Shown piece after piece: positions 24,015-32,224 of a DNA stretch of 42,884 nucleotides; position 1 is the stretch's first letter, and every line of letters begins with the position of its first letter. A program made the position numbers and the translations under genes. The DNA comes from a virus. The notes under the pieces were generated by a model. That model saw only the letters and a list, made by a program, of their open reading frames with translations. It ran no database searches and was not told the DNA's origin. The stretch spans positions 1 to 42,884 of IMG/VR virus record IMGVR_UViG_3300045988_069332; one strand, given 5' to 3'.

Positions 24015-24368
24015 TTACTGCACGGAAGCCAGCTCGCTGTTCATGGCCTTTATGATCTTTGGGAGCTGCAGGGCGAAGAAATCGATCATTTCCTCGTTCT
24101 GTGCCCAATCGCTGTTTTCCGCCAAGCCGGATTCATACAAAAAGGCATGGATGACCTCATGGCGCATGTTCTTGTTCATTTGCCAATACAGATCGCCTTT
24201 ATTTAACGGATCGTCTCCAGCGTCGCCGTAGTCGTTCACGACGATCTCCTTGATGGAGTTATCGCATAGCCCGTCGCAATCCTTCAAGCGCTTGTCTTCA
24301 CTCTTGTTGCATAGTGTCAGGATGTATTCGGTGCCCAAAATGTCGATCTTATACTTATCCAAGGTCAT
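24015..24368 (-). CDS. HExxH zinc-metallopeptidase-like protein (117 aa)
   Basis: Motif NMRHEVIHAFLYESGL. Start at 24368 overlaps the upstream gene by 14 nt. Confidence 0.55.
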   Translation of the reverse strand: MTLDKYKIDILGTEYILTLCNKSEDKRLKDCDGLCDNSIKEIVVNDYGDAGDDPLNKGDLYWQMNKNMRHEVIHAFLYESGLAENSDWAQNEEMIDFFALQLPKIIKAMNSELASVQ

Positions 24369-24828
24369 TCTCCTCCATCCACCTTCTGATAATGCCAAGC
24401 GCCCGGCCGTGCTGGATGAACACCCAGCGGCTCTGCCGGTCTTCCTGCCGCTGGAAATGCTCGATGATCTCCGGCCATTCCGCGCCCTCGATGTAGCGCA
24501 TAGTCAGGATGAGCTTCTGCCGCTCGTCGGTCAACTGGCCGATGGCGCTCAGTACCTGCGCCGCCTTGCGGTCGATGCGGGCGATCTCCGCCGCGAAGCT
24601 GCGCTGCGCGTCCACATTGTTCACGACGGCCTCGGCCATGCGGTCATATGCCGCCGGGCTGCCGGAAACGCTGATGGGCTTCAGCTTCGCCGTGCAGGAT
24701 GTAGCGGACGCGTAATAGCGCTCCATGTGCCGGGCAAGCCGCTCCCTTCGCTCCAGCATTTCCGGGTAGCCAAACAACCATTTCTTCGCCGGGTTTTCTG
24801 GCTTTTGTATCAGCTTCGCGGTCTCCAT
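24355..24828 (-). CDS. Late-gene transcriptional regulator candidate (DUF1492/ArpU/sigma-r4-like, 157 aa)
   Basis: C-terminal LTDERQKLILTMRYIEGAEWPEIIEHF...HGRALGIIRRW is sigma region-4-like. Lies just upstream of the late promoter. Confidence 0.55.
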   Translation of the reverse strand: METAKLIQKPENPAKKWLFGYPEMLERRERLARHMERYYASATSCTAKLKPISVSGSPAAYDRMAEAVVNNVDAQRSFAAEIARIDRKAAQVLSAIGQLTDERQKLILTMRYIEGAEWPEIIEHFQRQEDRQSRWVFIQHGRALGIIRRWMEENDLG

Positions 24829-24834
24829 CGTTCC

Positions 24835-25359
24835 CTACCTCCCGTCTCGTTCGCCGCAGGGCTGCATTTCGCGGCATTTCCCACGGTACACGCAGTCCGG
24901 CACCAGTACCCGCAGCATTTCCGGGTTTAGCCCGATGATGGCGTTGCAGACCGCAGTCCAGAGCTGCCGTGTCTCCGTCGCCGCTTTATAGCAAAGCCGT
25001 TTCCGGCTGATGTTGATAAGGGCCTGCGCGTTCACATCCATGGTCAGCATCACGGGCGCGTCCTGCCGGGCCTTGTTTCGGTCGTACCTGCTCTGCCGGT
25101 CGTTTCGCTGGCTCTGCACGTACCATTCCACGCCATATTTATGCCGTACAAGATGCATTGCCACCCAATAGGGCACGTCATATATTCGCACCGTCCACAT
25201 AAGGGTTCGGATGGGGGAATGCTCCGCCTTCAAGATTTTTTCCATCCACGCAGGGGTGGGGACTTTGTCCGTCCCCTTCCCCTCCGTTCCCAGCGCCAGC
25301 CGGTAGCATCGCGCCCAGTCTTCTTCCGTCGGCCTGCGGATGATCTCGATCTTACTCAT
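24835..25359 (-). CDS. Divergent, short ThyX (Thy1-fold) thymidylate-synthase-like protein (174 aa)
   Basis: EHSPIRTLMWTVRIYDVPYWVAMHLVRHKYGVEWYVQSQRNDRQSRY parallels the ThyX RHR-x7-S-x-RY signature but is altered. NAQALINISRKRLCYKAATETRQLW is also ThyX-like. Confidence 0.6.
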   Translation of the reverse strand: MSKIEIIRRPTEEDWARCYRLALGTEGKGTDKVPTPAWMEKILKAEHSPIRTLMWTVRIYDVPYWVAMHLVRHKYGVEWYVQSQRNDRQSRYDRNKARQDAPVMLTMDVNAQALINISRKRLCYKAATETRQLWTAVCNAIIGLNPEMLRVLVPDCVYRGKCREMQPCGERDGR

Positions 25360-25528
25360 TCTTCCTCGCTCCTATCCAGTCCACGATATTTTTGGCCGTC
25401 AACACCGCCCAATAGCCGACGATCCACGGCCACATGTTCCGCCCGGCAGCCAGCCCCGCGCACACGGTCAGGGCGATAGCCGCCAGCGCCAGCACAAGGG
25501 AGGCAGAGGTGATTCTGTATGGGTTCAT
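25352..25528 (-). CDS. 58-aa two-TM membrane protein (not in the ORF track)
   Basis: ATG at 25528 with GGAGG 7 nt upstream. MNPYRITSASLVLALAAIALTVCAGLAAGRNMWPWIVGYWAVLTAKNIVDWIGARKNE. Overlaps the ThyX-like start by 8 nt. Confidence 0.6.
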   Translation of the reverse strand: MNPYRITSASLVLALAAIALTVCAGLAAGRNMWPWIVGYWAVLTAKNIVDWIGARKNE

Positions 25529-25540
25529 GGGCGGGCCTCC

Positions 25541-25927
25541 TTATGGTTTGGTTTCCACGTACAGGAGCGGCTCGACGTGGAAATATAGGCGATAATGATA
25601 CGGGTCTGTATGCGTCCCTGTGATGTCCTCCACGACATACATGGTGTAGGCATTTAGATATACATAGTTCTTTTTGTAGGTTTTGGGGCCGGTTTTGACG
25701 GTGACGATTAACTCATTGTTATCATCATCATTGTCGATCGACATATACCCCTCTGCCTCCAATATGATCTTGTCGGTGCGGGCATTGTAGACCGTGATTT
25801 TCCGCTCGGATTCTAAATAATCCGCCTGCTTTGAAATATTCCAGTTGGCCTTGGAGGCTTCGGAGCATCCGCATAGCAGCAGGAGCATGGCGGCGCATAG
25901 GGCAATGAGGGCATGTTTCTTTTTCAT
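25541..25927 (-). CDS. Lipoprotein (128 aa)
   Basis: Signal peptide with lipobox MKKKHALIALCAAMLLLLCG|C. GGAGG RBS. AT-richer than the flanks. Confidence 0.8.
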   Translation of the reverse strand: MKKKHALIALCAAMLLLLCGCSEASKANWNISKQADYLESERKITVYNARTDKIILEAEGYMSIDNDDDNNELIVTVKTGPKTYKKNYVYLNAYTMYVVEDITGTHTDPYHYRLYFHVEPLLYVETKP

Positions 25928-25930
25928 GGT

Positions 25931-26125
25931 TCAATCCTCCTTCGGCGGTTCTGGCAGGGGCATCCAGTGGGTGACAAACCTTGTAATATTGGTCAAATCA
26001 TCACAGGTAAGCCATTCGCCGTCGCCATAATAGACGGCAAACACTATCCCGTACCCGTTTCGCCCATATACAAGATACGTTGCATCGTCTTCCGGCAGCC
26101 TGTCCTTAACGCTGATCCAGTCCAT
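25931..26125 (-). CDS. DUF551 domain protein (64 aa)
   Basis: MDWISVKDRLPEDD...THWMPLPEPP is the DUF551 signature. The alternative ATG at 26131 has a poor spacer. Confidence 0.75.
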   Translation of the reverse strand: MDWISVKDRLPEDDATYLVYGRNGYGIVFAVYYGDGEWLTCDDLTNITRFVTHWMPLPEPPKED

Positions 26126-26127
26126 GC

Positions 26128-26574
26128 TCATTCCTCCCACTTCTCCGCCGCCATCTGCTCCGGCGTGGGCTTCTGGGGCCAGCAGCGCCATGTTTTGCCG
26201 TAATTTGATAGGGTTTCTGTGCATGCTTGTCGTGTTAACGGTGCAAAGAAAAAGGCTGTATCTCCGTGTCTGTGGCTCGGGAATATTGGCACCGCACCCA
26301 TCAGCACTGTACACTCCACCCACACAACATCCAACTCTTTGTTTCCTAATTCCGCAATGATTTCTTCCAGCGTCAGCGGATGATTTTCCGGCTCGGCACG
26401 GTGGAGGGCGGCTTCTCGCGCATATGCCATCTTTTCCTCCTCGGTCATGCCCTTGACTTTTTCTTCGTCCCAGATCACGACGGGGGAATTGGAATAACAT
26501 TTGGGGCATATCCAAGTGTAACTATCATCCAACATTTCCGCCCCGCAATAGGGGCACTTCGGCGTTTCAATCAT
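26128..26574 (-). CDS. Zinc-ribbon protein with Lar-family-like N-terminus (148 aa)
   Basis: IETPKCPYCGAEM...WICPKC. C-terminal YGKTWRCWPQKPTPEQ. ATGA coupling at both ends. Confidence 0.5.
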   Translation of the reverse strand: MIETPKCPYCGAEMLDDSYTWICPKCYSNSPVVIWDEEKVKGMTEEEKMAYAREAALHRAEPENHPLTLEEIIAELGNKELDVVWVECTVLMGAVPIFPSHRHGDTAFFFAPLTRQACTETLSNYGKTWRCWPQKPTPEQMAAEKWEE

Positions 26575-27167
26575 TTTCCGCCCCATCCTTCCGGCTTTTT
26601 GCAGCGCTCAAATTCGATGACCCAGACCCAGGGATTCGCGCTCCAGCAGAACTCACGCAAATCTTCACGTTTGATCGTTTTGTCCCAAAATTCCGCGAAA
26701 CGTGTGAGCGGAGAATCTATACCCGCAGGAGAGTCGGAAAAGCCCTCTGCAATAGCTGTTTCTTCGTCCATAGCGTGCAGCCAGTCAACACGCACATCCT
26801 TCGCCCGCAGGAAGATTCTGGCAGCTTCTTTCGGCATATGGACGGAAGGATACCAGCGAGCTTCCTTTGCCGCATCGCAGGTCGGGTCGTCGGCTTTGTA
26901 TATGTAGTGGATTCCGTCGGTGGGCCAGTTCGGGTAAAGGCCGCACTTGTCCGTGGTACTCCACGTCTCCCGTACCCAGAGAACATCGCCATCTTCGCAA
27001 GGAGGCTTCATTCTGTAGCCATGTCCGTCATTCCAACCGAGCCAACCGATATTGTTCCATCTTGGTCTTGTAGGCTGCGGCTTGATCACCCGCCGTGTCT
27101 GCGTTTTCTGGCCCATCAGAATGGCTCGTACCATGTCGGTGTTGAGCAGAATCGGTTTGAAGGTCAT
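26571..27167 (-). CDS. ASCH domain protein (198 aa)
   Basis: MTFKPILLNTDMVRAILMGQKTQTRRVIKP is a typical ASCH N-terminus. ATGA-coupled start at 27167. Confidence 0.7.
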   Translation of the reverse strand: MTFKPILLNTDMVRAILMGQKTQTRRVIKPQPTRPRWNNIGWLGWNDGHGYRMKPPCEDGDVLWVRETWSTTDKCGLYPNWPTDGIHYIYKADDPTCDAAKEARWYPSVHMPKEAARIFLRAKDVRVDWLHAMDEETAIAEGFSDSPAGIDSPLTRFAEFWDKTIKREDLREFCWSANPWVWVIEFERCKKPEGWGGK

Positions 27168-27469
27168 TCGTTCTTCTCCTCCCCGTCCATCTTCGCGCCG
27201 CAGTTGGGGCAGAACTTTGTGTCCTCCGTCACATAAATACACGGGTTTTGGTGGCAATGTGAACACTCCCAATAATGACCATGGCCTACATGCCGTAAAA
27301 GCCATTTGGCGTGTGTCATAGGCGCAGCGTCAACGGCGGGAAGCCTCCTTGCGTCCTGATGCAGCGCCTTGTTCTCCTCGATCAGGGCGGCGATCCTCAT
27401 GCCGTCCTCCCGGATGCAGTCCTGCAGCCGCTCATACTCGGCGGCGCTGATCTCGATCATCTTTGCCAT
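27164..27469 (-). CDS. Hypothetical protein with C-terminal zinc ribbon (101 aa)
   Basis: WECSHCHQ...FCPNCGAKM. Confidence 0.6.
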   Translation of the reverse strand: MAKMIEISAAEYERLQDCIREDGMRIAALIEENKALHQDARRLPAVDAAPMTHAKWLLRHVGHGHYWECSHCHQNPCIYVTEDTKFCPNCGAKMDGEEKNE

Positions 27470-27470
27470 A

Positions 27471-27842
27471 TCAATCCTCGTCCTCCAATTCGATCCAATT
27501 CAGCGGGTCGCCGAAATCCAGCGTCAGCCCCATGCGCTTATAGACGGCTTGCACGGCATCAGCGCTGGTAAAGCAATCCACGATATACCGTTGCATTTTC
27601 TCCAAGACCCGGTGGCAGCGCTTCCCGCCGAAGCCGTGGATGTCGTTCAGGGCAAGGCATACGGCGGCGAAGCATATCTGATAGGTGCCGTTGATCCCGG
27701 CGGTGCGCCCGTCCTCGTAGGCGCTGTCCAAGTCCTTCTGCGTGATGCCGTTCTTCACCAGCGCGGCAAGTTTCTGGTCGTGGGTCATGCGCTGCCATTT
27801 CGGCTGCTGCTTCTTGGCGGCTCTCCTTTGTGCGCGGTTCAT
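27471..27842 (-). CDS. Hypothetical protein (123 aa)
   Basis: ATGA-coupled to the upstream gene. Coherent, protein-like composition. Confidence 0.6.
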   Translation of the reverse strand: MNRAQRRAAKKQQPKWQRMTHDQKLAALVKNGITQKDLDSAYEDGRTAGINGTYQICFAAVCLALNDIHGFGGKRCHRVLEKMQRYIVDCFTSADAVQAVYKRMGLTLDFGDPLNWIELEDED

Positions 27843-28507
27843 GGCCGGTATCCCTCCAATACGACGTATTCTTTAGGATATATAGCAATATTAATTCCCT
27901 TCACGATTACCCAGCCGTCGCGTTCCCCATTGGAATAGTAAGAACATCTTGTAACCTGGAAAATATCGCCATTATGATAAGTATCTTCATAACCAGGAAA
28001 AGGATTTACGATCTTGATGTACTCTCCGGGATTTGCATAGCGCTTCACTTCCCGCACTTCCGGCTTCTTCTCGGCCTTCCTTTGGCTGTTCCACAGCCGT
28101 TCAAACGCCAGCTCCGCCCCTTTCTTCCAGTCGAACTTGTCCGCCGGGTTCCGCCGGGCAATGGCGGTCTTGATCTCCCTGCCATTGATGGTCATGGTGG
28201 CAGTGGTAGTAGTGCCGTCGCAATCGATCAGGATTTGATACGACGGTTTGCACGGGCAAAAATCGATCTGGTCAAAATCAACGACGTTACGTTCATCATG
28301 GCCGTTGCTTTGCGTTAACCTACCATTGCCGAAAAAATCCATTTCTAAAACCGGCATAAGGTAAAGAATGGAAGTTGCTTTTAGGTTATTGTTCCAGACA
28401 ACCCCGCGCTTGTCGCACTCTTTCAGCAGCGACAACGCCTGTTTGTTGTTCTTACAGCGGATATCCACTTTCCCGGCGAAAAAATCATTGATGGAATACC
28501 TTTTCAT
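27839..28507 (-). CDS. Hypothetical protein (222 aa)
   Basis: GGAGGGAAAAGGA RBS. AT-richer gene. No family recognised. Confidence 0.6.
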   Translation of the reverse strand: MKRYSINDFFAGKVDIRCKNNKQALSLLKECDKRGVVWNNNLKATSILYLMPVLEMDFFGNGRLTQSNGHDERNVVDFDQIDFCPCKPSYQILIDCDGTTTTATMTINGREIKTAIARRNPADKFDWKKGAELAFERLWNSQRKAEKKPEVREVKRYANPGEYIKIVNPFPGYEDTYHNGDIFQVTRCSYYSNGERDGWVIVKGINIAIYPKEYVVLEGYRP

Positions 28508-28519
28508 TCCTTTTCCCTC

Positions 28520-28786
28520 CTACTCGTCCTTTTCGTCTTTGGCTCCCTTGTTCCGATGATACGGCGTTCCGGGGTTCCCCCAGACGGCCTTGTACTTGTT
28601 GCACTTAGTGGCGGCGGCTACGCGGCGCACGTATTCGCCGCAGCTGGTCGGCGGCTCCAGATGGTAGCTGGGGCTCTGCTGGCAGTAGCAGCGGTAGCCC
28701 GGCTCCCCGTTCAGCTCCGGCCAGTGCCACAGGCAGGTAGAGCAGCGCCCGTGACGTTTCTTCCGGCTCAGGTCGATGACGGTCAT
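28520..28786 (-). CDS. Small Cys-rich protein (88 aa)
   Basis: ATG at 28786 is ATGA-coupled, with GGAGG 7 nt upstream. RCSTCLWHW...YRCYCQQ...SCGEY. Confidence 0.55.
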   Translation of the reverse strand: MTVIDLSRKKRHGRCSTCLWHWPELNGEPGYRCYCQQSPSYHLEPPTSCGEYVRRVAAATKCNKYKAVWGNPGTPYHRNKGAKDEKDE

Positions 28787-29148
28787 GACCTCGCCTCCAA
28801 TTCCCGGCCCGCCTCCCACTCCCGATAGAGGGCCATCCAGTCCGGCAGGGTCATGGTGACCAGGATGGCCGCGTTGTTTTTGCGGTGGAAGACGGCTGGC
28901 AGGTCTCCCTTTCCCCCGGCTGCAGCGTCCCGGATGGCCTGCTCCACCCACTCGTAGAGCCGCATCTGCTCGCAGTGCTTGGCCTCGATGTGGATGCCCG
29001 GTAGGCCGATCACATCAGACGCGTCGCCGGTGTTGCCGCAGTACTGGGCCGTGCGCCGGGTGTCGTACCCTTCGGCCCGCAGGACCGAGGCCAGCTCTCG
29101 CTCAAACCGTGCACCCTTTCGGCGGCTGTTGATCGTCATGTTCCTCAT
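28783..29148 (-). CDS. Holliday-junction resolvase / PDDEXK nuclease candidate (121 aa)
   Basis: RRKGARFERELASVLRAEGY...DVIG...IHIEAKH pattern. Start uncertain (29148, 29139 or 29163). Confidence 0.6.
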   Translation of the reverse strand: MRNMTINSRRKGARFERELASVLRAEGYDTRRTAQYCGNTGDASDVIGLPGIHIEAKHCEQMRLYEWVEQAIRDAAAGGKGDLPAVFHRKNNAAILVTMTLPDWMALYREWEAGRELEARS

Positions 29149-30464
29149 CCTTTCGCGATGCATTTATAGGTCATGTGACTGGGGTCGAAGATCAATCCGA
29201 TTCGCCCTAGGCTGTCGTTTCGGTTCTTGGCAACCTGCAGGGCGATATACTGTTTTCCATGGCGGGTAGCCATTTCCGCAATGCCACGATGGCATTCTGG
29301 GATGGCGGGGTCATCCAAGGTTTCGGGGCGGTGCAAAAACACGATGCTGTCCGCGTCCTGCTCGATATCGCCGGAGCCGCGCAGACAATCCATGGTTGGC
29401 ATTTCCAATCGGCCCTTCTGCTGCGGGCGGCTGACCTGTGCCAAGGCCAAAACCGGGATTTTCAGGTCAAGGGCCATTGCCTTTAGTTCATGGCTGACGG
29501 TGGTAATTCGCACAAACTCGCTGTCGGTCTTTTGGGCCGTCTTTAGCAACTGCAGGTAATCGACAACGAGCAAATCGAGGCCGCGTTCATCCTTTCGCCG
29601 CTCTGCCTCGGCCCGCAGGGCTTCGACGGTGCGGACGGAAAACGTAAAGGGCATGTTGAGATTCGCAAGTTCATTTCCGGCCTCCATGATGTGTTCCCAA
29701 TCGTCGACCTCAAGGCCCTTGCCGGTGCGCAGCTTTCGCCCCTCCACGCCGCTCCGGGCGGCGATCAGCCGGCGGAGATACTGGCTGGGGGTCATTTCCA
29801 GCGAGCAGACGCCCACCTTCTTCCCGGCCCCGGCGATATGCATGGCCATGTAGGCGGCGAGGGCGGATTTCCCTACGGCGGGCCGTGCGCCGAGCACCGT
29901 CATTTCGCCGGGGAACAGACCGCCTAATACCGTGTCCAAGCACGGCACGCCGGTATTCAGGTACGTGATTTTTCCCTGACTGGCCGTCTCGATCTCGTCG
30001 ATGGTGGTCATGACAAGATCGGTCATTTCCACCCAGCCATCATTGCCGGAGGTTAGTTTCCGCAGGCTGTCCATGGTGGCGGCCTTGATAGCGTCCGTGT
30101 CCCGATGCTGGTCGTTGGCGGCAATGGACAGGGCTTCGGCGATCCGTTCCATGTCCCGGCGGGTGGTGATCTCCCGCAGGGCCTTGATATCCTGCGGCAA
30201 CATCACGGTGGACGGAGAATACCGCAGGGCCTCCAACACGGCAGCCTGCCCGGTCGTGGGAAATTCCTCCGCGATCGCCCGGCCAATGCTGGGCGCGTCG
30301 TAGGGTTCACGGCGGGCCGTGGCCTTCTTCATGGCGGCGAATATGGCCTTGTATTCGGGCACGGTGAAATCCCTTTCGGTTAGGCCGGGGAGCCATTTCC
30401 GGGGATCGCCGGTCTGCAGCAGGCCCCCGATGACGGAGCGTTCGATGGTCTGGTCGTAGATCAT
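29145..30464 (-). CDS. dnaB: Replicative DNA helicase DnaB (439 aa)
   Basis: ERSVIGGLL N-terminal domain. Walker A GARPAVGKSALA. LVVDYLQLL. ATGA-coupled start at 30464. Confidence 0.9.
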   Translation of the reverse strand: MIYDQTIERSVIGGLLQTGDPRKWLPGLTERDFTVPEYKAIFAAMKKATARREPYDAPSIGRAIAEEFPTTGQAAVLEALRYSPSTVMLPQDIKALREITTRRDMERIAEALSIAANDQHRDTDAIKAATMDSLRKLTSGNDGWVEMTDLVMTTIDEIETASQGKITYLNTGVPCLDTVLGGLFPGEMTVLGARPAVGKSALAAYMAMHIAGAGKKVGVCSLEMTPSQYLRRLIAARSGVEGRKLRTGKGLEVDDWEHIMEAGNELANLNMPFTFSVRTVEALRAEAERRKDERGLDLLVVDYLQLLKTAQKTDSEFVRITTVSHELKAMALDLKIPVLALAQVSRPQQKGRLEMPTMDCLRGSGDIEQDADSIVFLHRPETLDDPAIPECHRGIAEMATRHGKQYIALQVAKNRNDSLGRIGLIFDPSHMTYKCIAKG

Positions 30465-31156
30465 CTGATCACCTCCCCGTCTTGGATGAACGGTATCTCG
30501 TAGAGGCTTTTGCTCTCTTCGGCGGGCTTTGGTTTGTCCTCCAAGATGCGGCGGACGAAGGGCCAATTCACGCCGCCCTTGCGGTCATGGTCGCTGGCGG
30601 TGCGCAGGGCTGCCAGCAGGCGCTCCTCCCCGTAGTCGGCCAGCAGCCCCATGGCGGTGTCCATGGCCTGCAAGGTGGGCTGGATGCCGACCCGCACGAG
30701 GGTATTTTTCACCCGGTCGTACTGCTGGGCGGCTGCGTCGCATTCCTCCGGGGTCATAAAGGGGGCGGTGGCGGTCATGCCCTCGCGCGCGCACGCGCGT
30801 TCCTCCTCCTCTTTGTCTTTGTCTTTGTCTTTGTCTTGCACGATATCGTACGATATCGATTTTTCTTGCACGATATCGTACGATATCGATTTTTCTTGCA
30901 CGATATCGTACGATATCGTGGATGTTCTTTTTCGGGCAGCTTTCCGAGCACCTTCGGCCTTTCGGTCGTAAGTTTGCTGATCTCTGTCGATGCTGGCTTT
31001 GGCCGAGGGCCATACAAACCGCTCGTTTCCGCGAAGATCAGGCTCTTGTCCAGACATAGCGTATTCCAGCATCGCCTTAAAGAGCCGTCCGCATTCCGCG
31101 TCGCTGAGGGGCGCAAGGCTTGAGGCAAAGTCCGTAAAGACTTTCAGATACTTCAT
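30461..31156 (-). CDS. Replisome organizer / DnaD-like replication initiation protein (231 aa)
   Basis: N-terminal LSDAECGRLFKAMLEYAMSG. C-terminal DnaD-like domain. The central linker is encoded by iterons. Confidence 0.7.
   Translation of the reverse strand: MKYLKVFTDFASSLAPLSDAECGRLFKAMLEYAMSGQEPDLRGNERFVWPSAKASIDRDQQTYDRKAEGARKAARKRTSTISYDIVQEKSISYDIVQEKSISYDIVQDKDKDKDKEEEERACAREGMTATAPFMTPEECDAAAQQYDRVKNTLVRVGIQPTLQAMDTAMGLLADYGEERLLAALRTASDHDRKGGVNWPFVRRILEDKPKPAEESKSLYEIPFIQDGEVIR
30835..30918. repeat. Iterons: 2.8 copies of a 30-bp unit, each with two ACGATATCGT palindromes; putative replication origin
   Basis: cttgcacgatatcgtacgatatcgattttt is repeated. Flanked by (tctttg)4 at 30811-30836 and a cgcgcgcgcacgcgcg tract at about 30785-30800. 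Confidence 0.75.
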
Positions 31157-31182
31157 GGGTGTGCTCCTACTTCATTATTCGG

Positions 31183-31569
31183 TCAGAACGGAAGATCGTC
31201 GTCCGTGACTTCCTGATAGCCATTGTTCACCGGGGCTGCGGGGGCCGGTGCGGGCTGCTGCTCGGCTCTTGGGGTCAGGAACTCCACGTCCTGCGCCATG
31301 ACCTCCAGATTGGCGTAGGCCTTGCCATCCTGCCCGGTGTAGGTGGAAACGCTGACGGGGCCGGTAACGGCCACCTTGCGGCCCTTGGAAAGGTACTTCT
31401 GGCAGGTCTCGCCGGTCTTGTTCCATGCCGACACCCGGAAAAAGTCGGTCTTGTCGTCCTGCCCGCGGCGGCTGACAGCCACGGTGAAGGAGCAAACGGA
31501 GGAGCCGGACTGGGTGACCCGGGTCTCCGGGTCGCGGGTGAGGTTGCCGATGATGGTGAGTTTATTCAT
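31183..31569 (-). CDS. ssb: Single-stranded DNA-binding protein (128 aa)
   Basis: MNKLTIIGNLTRDPE OB-fold N-terminus and acidic DDDLPF tail. Confidence 0.9.
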   Translation of the reverse strand: MNKLTIIGNLTRDPETRVTQSGSSVCSFTVAVSRRGQDDKTDFFRVSAWNKTGETCQKYLSKGRKVAVTGPVSVSTYTGQDGKAYANLEVMAQDVEFLTPRAEQQPAPAPAAPVNNGYQEVTDDDLPF

Positions 31570-32224
31570 GTTGCTTTCCTTTCAGCCGGTATACCCGGCA
31601 GATTTTTTCGTCGATGGTGATGGGCTGCAGGTGGTATTTTTCCATCAGCTCGGGGTCGCCGTGCTGGTGGGCCTCCATGTGATGCTCCCGGCAGAGGGGC
31701 AGGGCCTCCATACCCATGTGGTCGATCTCGTCCCGGTTCCGGCCCATGCCCACCCGGTCGATGTGGTGCAGCTCTCCAGGCCTCCGGCAGACCGCGCAGA
31801 CCTTGCGCATGGCGCAGGCGTAGACGTAGGCGGTCACGTCTCCGGCGATCTCCGCAAGGTTTTCCCGGGTGGGGATGCCGTGCTCCACGCAAAAATCGAT
31901 GTACAGGCGGGCGGTGGTCATGTCGCAGTCGGACAGGCTAAAGCGCTTGATGGCCTCGGCGGTGAGCTCATCCATGCGGTCGATCAAAAACTTGCGTTTC
32001 AAGTCGCCGTTGAGCATTTCCCGGTCGCCCGCGCTCAGGTAGCCGCAGGCGGCGGAAATATCGCCCACCAGCGCCCATGCGTGGCGGCGCTGCTCCGGGC
32101 TGATCTGCCGCTTATCGTGCCATAGCACCATCACGTCTTCGCTCAGGTTATCCACCGGGGGGCGGATGGTTTTCACCGCCACGGCTCCCCGGTGGTCATA
32201 GGCCCGGCCCACGGTGGAGATCAT
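31562..32224 (-). CDS. HNH-type nuclease (HNHc_6-like, 220 aa)
   Basis: CAVCRRPGELHHIDRVGMGRNRDEIDH...LPLCREHHMEAHQHG. Confidence 0.7.
   Translation of the reverse strand: MISTVGRAYDHRGAVAVKTIRPPVDNLSEDVMVLWHDKRQISPEQRRHAWALVGDISAACGYLSAGDREMLNGDLKRKFLIDRMDELTAEAIKRFSLSDCDMTTARLYIDFCVEHGIPTRENLAEIAGDVTAYVYACAMRKVCAVCRRPGELHHIDRVGMGRNRDEIDHMGMEALPLCREHHMEAHQHGDPELMEKYHLQPITIDEKICRVYRLKGKQHE

Noticed and set aside
30811-30836. (tctttg)4 hexamer repeat as a separate regulatory element
   Set aside because: It encodes the DKDKDKDK linker of the organizer protein and directly abuts the iterons. It is treated as part of the origin/linker region rather than an independent feature.
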